Source: Bdellovibrionales bacterium (lineage in GTDB: Bacteria; Bdellovibrionota; Bdellovibrionia; Bdellovibrionales; UBA1609). From it: a stretch of 43,352 bases of DNA. Shown here piece after piece: positions 19,533-28,668 of the stretch; within the stretch, counting starts at the first letter, position 1, and every line of letters begins with the position of its first letter. Location of the stretch: contig JAPPLY010000047.1 of NCBI GenBank assembly GCA_028819305.1, positions 1-43,352 of the forward strand, written 5' to 3'. The translations under genes were made by a program, and so were the position numbers. Under the pieces are notes generated by a model. It ran no database searches. It saw only the letters and a program-made list of their open reading frames with translations, and was not told the origin of the DNA.

Positions 19533-20672
19533 TTAGAATTTTAAAAGCTCTATATCTTTTTTGGTAACCAGGCGAGGATCAAAAAATTGTAGGCCCAAGG
19601 CCAGGCTCTTTAAACCTCTTTTTAGATCATCTGTAGATATAGCCCCTAAATGGCCCACTCGTATAATACGCCCTTTTAATTTGTCCTGCCCACCTCCTAG
19701 CGCTACTTGGTATCGCTGTTCGATATATTTTTTTAATTTTACTCCATCTATATGTGGCGGTAAAGAGATGCTGGTAACAGAAGGAGAAGGAGGGGCAGCA
19801 AAAATATTTAAGTTTAAGGATTTGCAAAACCGGTGGGTCATTTGAGACAGCGCTTCACTTTTTTGGATCATTTTATCTAGGCCGTTTATTTCTTTCAAAG
19901 GTAAAAGAAAAGAATGTAGAGCTTGTATAAAGGTGACATTAGAACTGAACGCCGTTTGTCCTTTCGCTTGTACTTTTTCCTTTTTAAGATCCAGGTAATA
20001 GACAGGCAGACGAGAAGACTCATTAAATTGCCAGGCTTTTTGGGAGAGAGCAATAAAAGACATTCCCGCCGGAAGACAGAAGGATTTTTGAGAACCTCCT
20101 ATCATTACATCAATGCCCCATTGATCCATATTAATATCTACTGCCCCCAAAGCAGATATAGCGTCCACAATTAGCAATATGTTTGGATTATCCCTAGTAA
20201 GAGTGGCTAATTCCTTTATAGGATGTAATACTCCTGTGCTGGTTTCACAGGCTTGTACCAAAATAGCTTTAATTTGAGGATTTTTATCTATAAGGTTTTT
20301 CACATTTTGGATGGATACAGTTTGACCCCAAGAAGCATCTAATTTAAGTAGATGCAAATTATAGGTTAAGGCCATCTCTGCCCAACGTTCTCCAAATTTT
20401 CCGGCAGATAGAACTAGGACAGTATCTTTGGGAGAAAGAGTGTTTAATAGAGACGAAGCCATAGCTCCTGTTCCAGAAGCGTTTAAAATAAAAACTTCCT
20501 GTTTCGTTTGGAATATTTTTTTTAGTAAGGTTTTTGTTTGTTTGAAAATGTCCTCAAATTCCGAACAACGATGGTGAATCATGGGTCTTGAAAGACTATC
20601 TAGTATGAGTTTAGGGATAGGAACAGGGCCAGGAGTGAGTAGTAGGGGTTTTAAATTGTACTGTTTATTCAT
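19533..20672 (-). CDS. Class V PLP aminotransferase (alanine--glyoxylate/serine--pyruvate family)
   Basis: LLTPGP, SGTGAM, ETSTGV, VDAIS, GSQKS (PLP lysine) and IRVGHLG. Confidence 0.9.
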   Translation of the reverse strand: MNKQYNLKPLLLTPGPVPIPKLILDSLSRPMIHHRCSEFEDIFKQTKTLLKKIFQTKQEVFILNASGTGAMASSLLNTLSPKDTVLVLSAGKFGERWAEMALTYNLHLLKLDASWGQTVSIQNVKNLIDKNPQIKAILVQACETSTGVLHPIKELATLTRDNPNILLIVDAISALGAVDINMDQWGIDVMIGGSQKSFCLPAGMSFIALSQKAWQFNESSRLPVYYLDLKKEKVQAKGQTAFSSNVTFIQALHSFLLPLKEINGLDKMIQKSEALSQMTHRFCKSLNLNIFAAPPSPSVTSISLPPHIDGVKLKKYIEQRYQVALGGGQDKLKGRIIRVGHLGAISTDDLKRGLKSLALGLQFFDPRLVTKKDIELLKF

Positions 20673-21025
20673 AATATTTACTCTCTTTAAATAGAATCAT
20701 TTAGAGTTTTTACTGGTCATTTTTACAATGCTCGGTTTTTTTAAAAGGGTGAATTATACTAATTGGCTTTAAGTTTTTTAAAATACCTGATCATTCCTTG
20801 TAAATACAGAAACCCATTCAGTAACTGCAAAACTTAAGCCAGATTAGTATATCTTAGTCTCCCTTTTTTCCTTTAGAAGAAATTTAATAATCTTACAGTT
20901 AGAAGAGTATATTTACTGCGCTGCGCTTGTGCAATATTTTGATTATAAATTTATGATATACTTTTTTTGTTTGTTTTTTTCGGTTATTTTCGCTGATAAT
21001 GGGGGTCAGACTAAAGGAGTGTAAA

Positions 21026-22024
21026 ATGTCTTTAACTTTGCATGAGCTAGACAATAAACTTTCTAAAAATCTGGTTTCCTCCTTCTATTTTATTATGGGA
21101 CCGGAGGTTTTCTTAATTAAAGAAAGTTTGCGGAAAATTCAATCCCGTATATTATCTCCAGAATCTCTTGATTTTAACTACGAGGTGTTTTGTGCCGGGG
21201 AAGTGGAAATGGAAAAAATGTGTGAGGCAGTGGAAACTTTACCCGTATTTTCTACAAAGAGAGTGGTTGTTTGTGAAGAGGCTCATCGTCTAAAAGAATC
21301 TGATTGGAAAACTCTTAAACCTATTATGAATAATCCGGTGGAAACCTGTGTGTTTGTGTTTGTTTCTTCAAACCCGGATAAAAGAAAAAAAGTAATAAAA
21401 GAACTGCTATCTTTTTGTGAAGTTATATTGGCAGACACCCCTAAAGAAGCGCAGTGGTCTGTGTGGCTTGAGTGGATGGGCAAAAAAGAAGGGCTGTCTT
21501 TTTCTGATTCCGCTGTGGCTCTTATAAGGGATTATGCGTGTTACGATCTTCTGCATTTAGAGACAGAAGTAAAAAAGTTAAAGAGTTTTTTAGGATCTAA
21601 AAAAAATATTTCCGCAGAGGATGTTTTGAATGTACTGCCTCGTGTTCGCCCTGAAAATATTTTTGATCTCTCAAAGGCTATAGGACAAAAAAATCTATCT
21701 TCTGCCTTAGTGTGTCTGGCTCGTCTTTTAGAGGATAATCATAATGAAGTGGGTGTATTGTCTTTGATCAGTCGTCATATTCGTATTTTAGCTCGTATAA
21801 AAGAGGGAGTAAAAAAAGGTCATACGGAACAAACCCTATGTAATAAAACGGGAGTTCCTCGGTTTTTTATACGTAATTATATAAAGGAATCGGATTTGTG
21901 GACAGATCAAAAATTGTTTTCCACTATAGAGATATTAAAAGCTACAGATAAAGCCCTTAAGTCCTCTCCTGTATCCGCTCATATATGGTTGGAAAACTTC
22001 ATTATAAAAACATGCTCTGTTTGA
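21026..22024 (+). CDS. holA: DNA polymerase III subunit delta
   Basis: YFIMGPEVFL, DFNY, LPVFSTKRVV, EVKKL, NIFDL and DKALKSS. AAGGAG RBS favours ATG 21026 over 20999. Confidence 0.88.
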   Translation: MSLTLHELDNKLSKNLVSSFYFIMGPEVFLIKESLRKIQSRILSPESLDFNYEVFCAGEVEMEKMCEAVETLPVFSTKRVVVCEEAHRLKESDWKTLKPIMNNPVETCVFVFVSSNPDKRKKVIKELLSFCEVILADTPKEAQWSVWLEWMGKKEGLSFSDSAVALIRDYACYDLLHLETEVKKLKSFLGSKKNISAEDVLNVLPRVRPENIFDLSKAIGQKNLSSALVCLARLLEDNHNEVGVLSLISRHIRILARIKEGVKKGHTEQTLCNKTGVPRFFIRNYIKESDLWTDQKLFSTIEILKATDKALKSSPVSAHIWLENFIIKTCSV

Positions 22025-22061
22025 TGTGCTGACAACAGGCTGTGTCTTTAGACTCTCAACT

Positions 22062-22094
22062 GGCAAACTGTTTTCCTAAAGGAATACAATTATA
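22062..22094. repeat. Partial (single-arm) copy of the branched hairpin element
   Basis: GGCAAACTGTTTTCCTAAAGGAATACAATTATA matches the reverse complement of 27166-27198 at 30/33. A degenerate REP follows at about 22120-22146. Confidence 0.7.
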
Positions 22095-22251
22095 CAGGAA
22101 GATGAGTTGTTGCCTTCCCGTCCTGCGGAAGCGGAAGAATCCAGTTATTTGGAAAATTTCCCATTAAAAAGCCCTTTGGGTAAAAATTTGGTACGGATTT
22201 TGCATGTCTTATTTTTAAAAAACTATGTTATTATACAGAAAGGAGATGACA

Positions 22252-22878
22252 ATGAGTAAATCCACAATATCACCAGCAAATGAGATTTGGGCACTTATAA
22301 AAGAGACTCAAATAAATTTGAAGCGATTTTCAGCTGAAGCAGAGAAGCAAAGGGCTGAAGCAGAGAAGCAACAGGCTAGACGATGGGCTGAAGCAGAGAA
22401 ACGCAGTGCTGAAATAGATCGGCAGATTCAAAAAATAGGGGGCCGGTTTAATCAACGATGGGGAGCTTTAGTGGAATCTTTAGTTGAGGGGAAGCTTGTA
22501 AGGATTTTTCAAGATCAGGGGATAGATATAATACAAACTCATACCCGCTCTCAGTCGGAATGGAGAAAGCCGGATGGCCGTATTGAGAGACGGGAGTTTG
22601 ATATTATTGTGGCTAATGGGATAGAGGTTGTGGTGGTAGAAGTAAAGACCACTTTAGTTCCTAAAGATGTGAGTGTTTTTTTAGAAACACTGAAGGATTT
22701 TAGAAATTATTTTCCAAGATATAAGACGGAAACCATCTATGGAGCTATGGCTTATTTAGCTAGTGAGAATAAAGCTCATTTGCTTGCGGAGGAAGAAGGT
22801 TTATTTCTTATCCGAGCTACAGGAGACAGCGCCAGCCTCGTGAATAAAAAGGATTTTAAACCCAAAGCCTTTAACTGA
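22252..22878 (+). CDS. Coiled-coil plus PD-(D/E)XK nuclease-like protein (DUF3782-like family)
   Basis: AEAEK repeats (GCTGAAGCAGAGAA at 22333, 22354, 22387), then WGALVESLV, EFDII...VEVK and YGAMA. RBS AAGGAG before ATG 22252. Confidence 0.75.
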   Translation: MSKSTISPANEIWALIKETQINLKRFSAEAEKQRAEAEKQQARRWAEAEKRSAEIDRQIQKIGGRFNQRWGALVESLVEGKLVRIFQDQGIDIIQTHTRSQSEWRKPDGRIERREFDIIVANGIEVVVVEVKTTLVPKDVSVFLETLKDFRNYFPRYKTETIYGAMAYLASENKAHLLAEEEGLFLIRATGDSASLVNKKDFKPKAFN

Positions 22879-22913
22879 AGAATCATTTTTTTAGAACAGA
22901 TGCTTTGACTATT

Positions 22914-23087
22914 TCAAAACACTGGTCCATTAAACATATTTAAGTGTCCTACATCCATTTCATGTGTTTCGTCTATTAGTGTCAGCATATAACCGTTTAT
23001 ATCGGCTAGCTTGTTTGCTTGTTCTACTGAATGCTTTGCATAGTTGTAGTTCTCTGTAAGCAAATTCAATTCATTTAGAAAAGCCAT
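22914..23087 (-). CDS. Small ORF or gene remnant, 57 aa
   Basis: MAFLNELNLLTENYNYAKHSVEQANKLADINGYMLTLIDETHEMDVGHLNMFNGPVF. The frame stays open upstream until a REP-like sequence at about 23141-23180. Confidence 0.3.
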   Translation of the reverse strand: MAFLNELNLLTENYNYAKHSVEQANKLADINGYMLTLIDETHEMDVGHLNMFNGPVF

Positions 23088-23248
23088 TTTTTCGTTCGTA
23101 TATCTGTTGAGCTCCGCCCTCTCCAGTTTGATTCCTGTTCCATCTCTCTGTTTTCACGAGGGCTATTTTTGCGAGGACATGTTTTTTTGTGATTTCTATA
23201 AGCTTCTTCTTAAGATAATAGAACCAAAAAATGTAAAAAAGAACCAGT

Positions 23249-24175
23249 TTACAACTTCCATTTTTTTAATATTTTTCTTAAAAATTCCGGTGAGATAAAA
23301 AGAAAGTAAGAAGATAGTATAATAAAAGAGAAGAAATAAATATTTAAAGCAAGAGCAATACCCAAGTGCAGACAGAAGCCGGCCATGAGCATGAACTTTC
23401 TTAAACGTGGTACCCACACCAAAACCGGAAAATAGATTTCAAATAACACAGTAAAAATAACCAAGGCCGCAGATAACATAGGGGTGGATAGCAGAAAGGA
23501 AAAGTTAAATAAAGTAAAATCGTAAAAGGAAAGAGCTTCCCAGATAGCTGTGCCATCCCACCAGGAGGGTCCTTTTAGTTTTTCCATACCGGAAAACATA
23601 TAGATAACACAAAGTTGAATTTGTATAAACCGAATGGAAATGGTGTTCAACCAGTCTCCTTTTTCCACCCGTTCAGACATAAGCCCTTTTTGTTTTTTCA
23701 AAAAGTAATGAATCCACTTTATTTGTGTGTTGGAGTTGGCAAATATCAGATAAAAAAGCCAGAAGGTGGCTACTATGTCGGCACCAAAAACAATACTGGG
23801 ATTTCTTTGCACAAAAACGAGGTGCAAAACAAAAGCCAAAATGGCTATAAAGCGATTAGCCACTCCTAAAACCATCAGCAGCAAAACAAGGATAAATAAT
23901 ATATAACAGAGATAGAGTAAAGTGTCGGAGGATAGTATGAAGTCAAAAGACTTGTTTGTGTATATCTGATGGAATATTTTGGCGGAAGTGCTGCTCATTA
24001 AGCCGGATTCATAAAAGAATACACGAATGTCGAACAATCGAATAAGATACATAACCAGTAAAGTGAGACAGAAGAAAAAGCGAAAGCAAGACACCGGAAG
24101 GGTATCAGTAGATTTAAACCAAAAGGAGTCCCAGTCTTTAATTAAATTCTTGATATTCTTTTTTATCCATTTCAT
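23249..24175 (-). CDS. HTTM-domain membrane protein (SdpB / vitamin K-dependent carboxylase-like)
   Basis: RNP..GAD, IQIQLCVIYMFSGMEKLKGPSWWDGTA, E in FEIYFP, LHLGI; multiple TM segments. Confidence 0.8.
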   Translation of the reverse strand: MKWIKKNIKNLIKDWDSFWFKSTDTLPVSCFRFFFCLTLLVMYLIRLFDIRVFFYESGLMSSTSAKIFHQIYTNKSFDFILSSDTLLYLCYILFILVLLLMVLGVANRFIAILAFVLHLVFVQRNPSIVFGADIVATFWLFYLIFANSNTQIKWIHYFLKKQKGLMSERVEKGDWLNTISIRFIQIQLCVIYMFSGMEKLKGPSWWDGTAIWEALSFYDFTLFNFSFLLSTPMLSAALVIFTVLFEIYFPVLVWVPRLRKFMLMAGFCLHLGIALALNIYFFSFIILSSYFLFISPEFLRKILKKWKL

Positions 24176-24187
24176 TGGCAGCCGTCC

Positions 24188-24811
24188 TTACCTTGATGAA
24201 AAATCTTCGTTTGTTATAGATTCATCCAGACTATCTATTTTTCTGGATTTTTTGCGTCTCTTGCACTTAGCAGATACTGTGAACCACTCTTTCATGTTGT
24301 TTATGTTGCTCTCTGAAAAAAAACCGGGTTGAAAAGTACGTGCTTTTTTAAAGTGAGGTCTATTTTCCAAAAGGGCTTTTAAAGAAATTTCAGTAGCCCT
24401 GGGATGCAGATGGCAAAGATAAGGTATAAAATGTTTTCGTATGTTTCTCTTTCCAGAAAACATAAAAAAACGGGAGTGATAGATAAGACGATTATGATTC
24501 AAGTAAATCCTTTTAGATTCCTTTCGAGAAGGAGGCCATCGAAAGGTGCCTACTTTATCTTTTGAATCAATAACTTCATATTCAAAATAAAAGTAATAAC
24601 TGGGTTTAGGAGCATAAAAATCCCAGCTGGTTATCATAGATAATGTATGCGCATAAGGTGTAAAATAAGGCATAAGCCGTTCGTGTATGATGGACATACG
24701 GTGAGGGACGATAAAGATCATGGCCAGATGGTAAATAATAAAAAGTGAGAGAAGCAATTTGAAAGCACCTCTTATTTTTTTATTTTTTATTTTGAAATTT
24801 AGTAAGCTCAT
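24188..24811 (-). CDS. Membrane-anchored SdpA/DUF5819-like partner of the HTTM protein
   Basis: One N-terminal TM helix containing His, then WDFYAPKP (WxxFAPxP-like). Start overlaps the scpB stop (TAATG). Confidence 0.55.
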   Translation of the reverse strand: MSLLNFKIKNKKIRGAFKLLLSLFIIYHLAMIFIVPHRMSIIHERLMPYFTPYAHTLSMITSWDFYAPKPSYYFYFEYEVIDSKDKVGTFRWPPSRKESKRIYLNHNRLIYHSRFFMFSGKRNIRKHFIPYLCHLHPRATEISLKALLENRPHFKKARTFQPGFFSESNINNMKEWFTVSAKCKRRKKSRKIDSLDESITNEDFSSR

Positions 24812-25569
24812 TAGATTTTTTTACCTGTAGGGGATGGAAAAGAAGAATGAGTTTTTATTTTATTCCATTGTGTATGTGGTTTTACAGAATTAATTTCTTT
24901 AGAAACTGTTTCCAACTCATCTTCAATGTTTTTTTGTTGTTCAGAAAAATTTTGTTGTGAGTTTTTGATTTTACTTAGTGTGGGGGTTAAACTTTCTTGA
25001 GAAGTTGTCAGGGGGGTATTTTCGGATAAAAGAAGGTCTTGTATATCTTCGTGAGAAGGTAGATCTTTTAAATTTTTTAAACTAAATACTTCTAAAAATC
25101 GCTTTGTTGTTTTATATGTAATATAATGCCCAGGGTCACAGCTCTTAGGCCCAAAACAAATTAAATCTTTTTCCATTAGGGTTTTCAGAAGATGCCCTGA
25201 CTCCACACCCCGTATTTCGTCTATAGTCGCTTTTTTGCAAGGTTGTTTATAAGCTACTATGACCAACACTTCCATAGCTGGAGGAGATAACTGGAAAAGG
25301 CGACCTTTAATCAGGCGACGGATATAATCCTTGTTTTCTTCTTTGGTTCTTAACTGCCAGGCCCCTGTTACTTCTTTTAATTCTATGCCACAGGAGTCTT
25401 CCTGATATTTTTTTTGTAAAACAGATAAAGCTTGTTTTATTTCTGATATAGGGACTTTTTCGGTATGAAACAGTCGCGATAAGTCCTGGGTGGATAGGGG
25501 CCGGTTGATAGCAAAAAAAACACTTTCTAATATAGATTGTAAGTCACTCGTTGATAGTTTCCTGTTCAT
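24811..25569 (-). CDS. scpB: SMC-ScpAB subunit ScpB
   Basis: LESVFF, GIEL, WQLRT, LSPPAMEVLVIVAYKQP, IRGV and FLEVFSL...DLP. Confidence 0.92.
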   Translation of the reverse strand: MNRKLSTSDLQSILESVFFAINRPLSTQDLSRLFHTEKVPISEIKQALSVLQKKYQEDSCGIELKEVTGAWQLRTKEENKDYIRRLIKGRLFQLSPPAMEVLVIVAYKQPCKKATIDEIRGVESGHLLKTLMEKDLICFGPKSCDPGHYITYKTTKRFLEVFSLKNLKDLPSHEDIQDLLLSENTPLTTSQESLTPTLSKIKNSQQNFSEQQKNIEDELETVSKEINSVKPHTQWNKIKTHSSFPSPTGKKI

Positions 25570-25656
25570 GGATCATCCTTTTTTGGTCTATGTTTTTTAT
25601 ACCTTTATGGTATTATCCTCGGTTTCATGGGGGCAAGCTTTTCCTATACCCATAGG

Positions 25657-25713
25657 GGTATTATGTTTCTGTCATTTTTCGGTTCTTTCCTCCGGGCAAA
25701 CAAGTCTTTAAAA
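25657..25713 (-). repeat. 57-bp leader repeat upstream of scpB
   Basis: 50/57 identical to 26586-26642. Confidence 0.8.
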
Positions 25714-25741
25714 TCGGAATTTTCAAACCCGTTCGTTATAA

Positions 25742-26524
25742 TTAAAGTGTTACTTCTATCTCCTGTTCTTGGAGAGAATGCAAGTCTTTACTATTAAAGT
25801 TTCTTTTTACAGAAACAGCAATATCGGAAAAGTCTTCTTTTTGAGAGAGGGATACCACTCCCAGGCGGGTGAGTTCTAAAAGAGCTAAAAAAGTCACCAG
25901 AAGGTGCGATATCGTTTTTTTGTCTTTTTGTATTAAGGAACTCATGTTCCATAAAGAGCCTGTGGTGAGGCGATGATGAATAGAACGAATACAGTCAAGC
26001 ATAAAGGGAAGGGGAGTTTCAATAGATACGGCGGGATCAAGGGCCTTTTTTCTAAATATTTTTTGATAAGTTCGCATTAATTTCAGTATAGGTTGCTTTT
26101 TTATATCGCTTTTTTGTAATTCAGCAGGAAAAGGAACGAGGTCTTTAATATTTTCTGCCGATTCCCATGTATCTCGATTAAGTTGGGGAAAACGGTTCAA
26201 TTTTTCACAAATACTTTGTACAGCCTGCATTTTTAACAAGCTTTGTGCAAGTTGTTTTTGGAGCTCTTGTTCATTTTCTATCTCTGCATCTTCTTGGGAT
26301 TCAGAAGGAAAAAGGCTTTTGGATTTAATATAGATCAATAGGGCCGCCATTTTTATAAAATCTCCAGCCGAGTCCAGATCTGTTATAGAGTTTTCTTTTA
26401 TGAAGTTTAAGTATTGCTCAGTGATTTTATGAATATCAATGTCAAATATGTCCATTTCCTCTTTTCGAATGAGCTGTAAAAGCAGATCTAGAGGGCCACT
26501 GAACTCTTTTATTTGAATTTGCAA
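25742..26524 (-). CDS. scpA: Segregation/condensation kleisin ScpA
   Basis: FSGPLDLLLQLI, ITEQYL, MAALLIYIKSKSL and VTFLALLEL. Confidence 0.92.
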   Translation of the reverse strand: MQIQIKEFSGPLDLLLQLIRKEEMDIFDIDIHKITEQYLNFIKENSITDLDSAGDFIKMAALLIYIKSKSLFPSESQEDAEIENEQELQKQLAQSLLKMQAVQSICEKLNRFPQLNRDTWESAENIKDLVPFPAELQKSDIKKQPILKLMRTYQKIFRKKALDPAVSIETPLPFMLDCIRSIHHRLTTGSLWNMSSLIQKDKKTISHLLVTFLALLELTRLGVVSLSQKEDFSDIAVSVKRNFNSKDLHSLQEQEIEVTL

Positions 26525-26585
26525 AATGCTTAGTCCTTTTTTATAGTAATGTTTATCTGTGTTGTCTTTTCTCTTGTACCCTTAT

Positions 26586-26642
26586 GGTATTATGTTTCCG
26601 TAATTTTTTAGTTCTTTCCTCCGGGCACATAAATCTTTAAAA
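26586..26642 (-). repeat. 57-bp leader repeat upstream of scpA
   Basis: 50/57 identical to 25657-25713. Confidence 0.8.
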
Positions 26643-27033
26643 CCTTACGGACTTTAGGGTCTTTTATATTTAAGTTTAACATATCTTTTCTTATTTCAAC
26701 AGGTATTTTAGAAAAAAAAGGCTGAAGTCCTTTTTCAAAAGAGATCTTTTCCAATTTATAGACTTCATACCGTGATAAAATAAAACAGCCATTATGGGCT
26801 GAGGACAGCCCTTCTGCTTTTACCCTTGACTTATCTAAAAAGGCACATACGAATTTGCTGTTTTAATCTCTAATGGTGCAGATTTAACTCCACCATTATT
26901 GTATATTAAACATAGACTGAAGAAACTTATTATAGTAATCAGCCCTTATAAAAAAATAAATGCGGAATTAAAAAGGTTTTCTCATTTTTATAAGTCTGTG
27001 TCTCCTATCAAAAGTCATGCACTTTTTTTGAAA

Positions 27034-27119
27034 TGTCATTCCCGTGCAAACGGGAATCCAGGAAGGTAAACAGAGAGATGCCCGCTTCCGCGGGCATGAC
27101 AGTCTTTGCGGGTATGACA
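27034..27119. repeat. Inverted REP pair plus an extra half-site
   Basis: TGTCATTCCCGTGCAAACGGGAATCCA (27034-27060), GATGCCCGCTTCCGCGGGCATGACA (27077-27101) and half copy GCGGGTATGACA (27108-27119). Confidence 0.8.
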
Positions 27120-27176
27120 TTATTTTTTCCATAGGTGCGGGATAGATAAGGTAATGACTGTACTTTATGATTGTAT

Positions 27177-27281
27177 TTCTTCAGGAAAACAGTTTGCCGG
27201 CTAAGGGTCCAAGGCCATTGGCTTTCTACCTAGGAAAGACAAGGGCCGTCCCGAAAGAGGCAAATCTGTTTTCCTGAAGAA
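27177..27281. repeat. Branched hairpin repeat element, copy 2 (opposite orientation to copy 1)
   Basis: 16-bp perfect outer stem (27177-27192/27266-27281), TTTGCC/GGCAAA with a bulged T at 27265, inner hairpin at 27213-27247. Confidence 0.85.
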
Positions 27282-27303
27282 CACAAACCGTAGGTGATAT
27301 AAA

Positions 27304-27441
27304 ATGAAAAAACTTAAGTGTAAATATTGTAAAAAAGTATTTTGGCCTGTAAGAAGACAAAAATTCACTTGCGGACAGGAGCAATGCCAACAAAAAAGAA
27401 AGATTATCAAAGAGAGTATATGCAAGGGCCAGAGCCAATAA
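27304..27441 (+). pseudogene. Small Cys4 zinc-finger ORF, possibly frameshifted
   Basis: Not in the ORF track. AGGTGA RBS, then MKKLKCKYCKKVFWPVRRQKFTCGQEQCQQKRKIIKESICKGQSQ. The alternative frame after the A-rich tract reads DYQREYMQ. Confidence 0.5.
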
Positions 27442-27671
27442 TCAAGTGGTACTCTTTCTAATAGCCACATAGAACTTTAAATAGAGCCGCAGAGAAGTTT
27501 AAAAAACGCCTGCCTTTGCTCAATTTAGCCGATTATGCAATCAAATTATGACAAAAATGACCCGGATTTCAGTCCGAAAATAGGAGGTTGATCCGAAACA
27601 ATATAAAAAATTATATTTTTTAGGAAAAATGACGATAAATCAATAAATCAATTATTAAAGGAGGAGGAAAA

Positions 27672-28610
27672 ATGACAGTTGGAACGTTAAAAAAAATTGA
27701 GCTTCGGAAAATATGGCCTCGTGAAGATACAGAGTTTACTAAATGGTTGAATGATAACCTGGATATTTTAGGGGAAGCCATTGGTTTAGATTTAGAGGAA
27801 TCAGAAACAGAATGCTCATGGGATAACTCTGATTTGAGGGTAGATATTAGGGCTACAACAAAAGACGCGAAAAACGTTGTGATAGAAAATCAATTAGAAC
27901 AAACTAACCATAAACATTTAGGTCAAATTATGACTTACATGATAAATATGGAAGCTAAAATTGCTGTTTGGATTGCAAAAGAAGTCAGACAAGAGCATAT
28001 TAAAGTAATTGAATGGCTTAATGAATTTACAGATAAGGATTTTTATTTGATCCAATTAGAAAGCTACCGGATTGATGACTCAAAACCTGCTCCTTTTTTG
28101 AAAGTTATTTGCCAGCCAAGCGCAGAAAGGAAAGCTTTAGGAAAACAGAAAAAAGAGTTAAGTGAAGTATGTAAATTAAAACAAGATTTTTGGATAAGGC
28201 TTTTAGATAATAGTAGAGGAAAAACAGATTTCTTTTCTAATACAGGTCCTTCTACATGGACAGTTATAGAACATCATATCAATAAAGATATACATCTAGT
28301 TTATCGTGTTAACAAAAATAAAGGAGCAATAGGTGTTTGTTTTGCAGAGCATTTAAAAAACCGTTTTTTAAGTTTAAAGAAAAATTGGAAAAGTAAATTA
28401 GGATTTGATTTAGAGCTTAAAAAAGTAGGAAATGACGGAGCCCCTTCTACAAAACATCAATTTATTAAATGGTTTGACAAAGGAGGTTATAGGAATCCGG
28501 AACACGAATGGGATCAGATTCAAGAGGAAATGATAAATAATATGATTGCTTTGGAAAAGCTTTTAAAACCTGCTTTAGATAAAATTGAGCCTTCTCGTAA
28601 AGTTGCTTAA
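27672..28610 (+). CDS. DUF4268-type protein with an N-terminal NucS-like PD-(D/E)XK nuclease domain
   Basis: LRKIWPRE..FTKWL, VDI, IENQL..TNHKHLGQIMTY and FW motifs. Strong RBS AAGGAGGAGG. Confidence 0.8.
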   Translation: MTVGTLKKIELRKIWPREDTEFTKWLNDNLDILGEAIGLDLEESETECSWDNSDLRVDIRATTKDAKNVVIENQLEQTNHKHLGQIMTYMINMEAKIAVWIAKEVRQEHIKVIEWLNEFTDKDFYLIQLESYRIDDSKPAPFLKVICQPSAERKALGKQKKELSEVCKLKQDFWIRLLDNSRGKTDFFSNTGPSTWTVIEHHINKDIHLVYRVNKNKGAIGVCFAEHLKNRFLSLKKNWKSKLGFDLELKKVGNDGAPSTKHQFIKWFDKGGYRNPEHEWDQIQEEMINNMIALEKLLKPALDKIEPSRKVA

Positions 28611-28668
28611 AAAAATATTTTTAATTTAAGTCTGGCACTTATAAAAAAGACCCAAGAATACTTAAAAG

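Noticed and set aside
27201-27470. Minus-strand ORFs of 89 and 70 aa in the ORF track
   Set aside because: They overlap the palindromic element and the plus-strand zinc-finger ORF, which has the better RBS and motif.
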